In this document: one piece after another, positions 63,684 through 64,000 of the stretch
How positions within the stretch are numbered: the first letter of the stretch is position 1
Layout: every line of letters starts with the position of its first letter
IMG/VR virus record: IMGVR_UViG_3300033070_001349
Location: 84,483 to 148,482 of that record
Direction: 5' to 3' (one strand)
Length of the DNA: 64,000 bases
Source of the DNA: a virus
Taxonomy: Duplodnaviria > Caudoviricetes
Position numbers and translations under genes: made by a program
The notes under the pieces: generated by a model
What the model saw: the letters and a program-made list of their open reading frames with translations, nothing else
Database searches by the model: none
Told to the model about the DNA's origin: nothing

Positions 63684-64000
63684 TCGTCCACCTCCGCGCC
63701 ACTGACGGGGTCGTCACTCCGCGCCTCCTCGACGACGCTCACGCCGGCGCCATTGTCCGGGGGGCGTCGGCGACCTTCGTCTACACCCTCCTCAAGGACG
63801 ACGGTCGCACGCCTGAGGTCCTGACAGGGGCCCGCCTCGTCCTCTCGGTCCAAGACCAGCCGGACGACCCCAGGCCCTTCCTCACCAAGGACTCGCAGGG
63901 GACCTCTCCTACCATCACGGTCCCCAACCCTCGGAACGGCGAGGTCTTCGTGGCCTTCGTCCCCGGGGACACGAGCGGGCGGTCGCCCGGCGACTACCGC
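63680..64000 (+). CDS. 5' part of a baseplate/fibre-associated Ig-like protein (partial)
   Basis: GTGA overlap; open to the window end; beta-rich pattern ...GEVFVAFVPGDT...PGDY. Confidence 0.55.
   Translation, partial: MIVHLRATDGVVTPRLLDDAHAGAIVRGASATFVYTLLKDDGRTPEVLTGARLVLSVQDQPDDPRPFLTKDSQGTSPTITVPNPRNGEVFVAFVPGDTSGRSPGDYR

Noticed and set aside
1-64000. Stop-codon reassignment, tRNA/rRNA genes, integrase
   Set aside because: Genes are intact in the standard code with both TAG and TGA used as stops; no cloverleaf, rRNA or integrase was recognised by eye (tRNAscan not run)

Overview
A 64-kb segment of a large, very GC-rich (roughly 70% by eye) tailed phage genome with a contractile tail. 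Almost all real genes are on the + strand. 1-12.3 kb is a replication/recombination block: gp32-like SSB, RyR-domain protein, intein-containing SF2 helicase, tandem MerR-HTH protein, RecA, Hjc-like and RuvC resolvases, Cas4-like PD-(D/E)XK nuclease and a ParB-like protein. Next come a ~3,600-aa multidomain protein (HipA-like kinase, degenerate second kinase copy, unrecognised helical repeat, possible ART-like tail), an intein-containing family A DNA polymerase and a GroES-like co-chaperonin. A T4-like morphogenesis module follows: TerS, TerL with intein, portal with intein, gp21-like protease, gp23-like capsid, neck, sheath, two tubes, frameshifted tail chaperone, tape measure and baseplate. 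Most notable observations: (1) the terminase intein has its HNH endonuclease encoded on the opposite strand as a nested gene with its own promoter-like signal, while the sense frame stays open; (2) a quasi-palindrome with core GAGYCA-TG-TGRCTC is dispersed nine times across the window, inside and between genes, in a genome that encodes a ParB-family protein; (3) the giant kinase/pseudokinase protein; (4) a hidden -1 frameshift candidate in a head-module gene; (5) a promoter-hairpin-terminator sRNA-like cassette. All product calls come from motif recognition by eye, not database searches.
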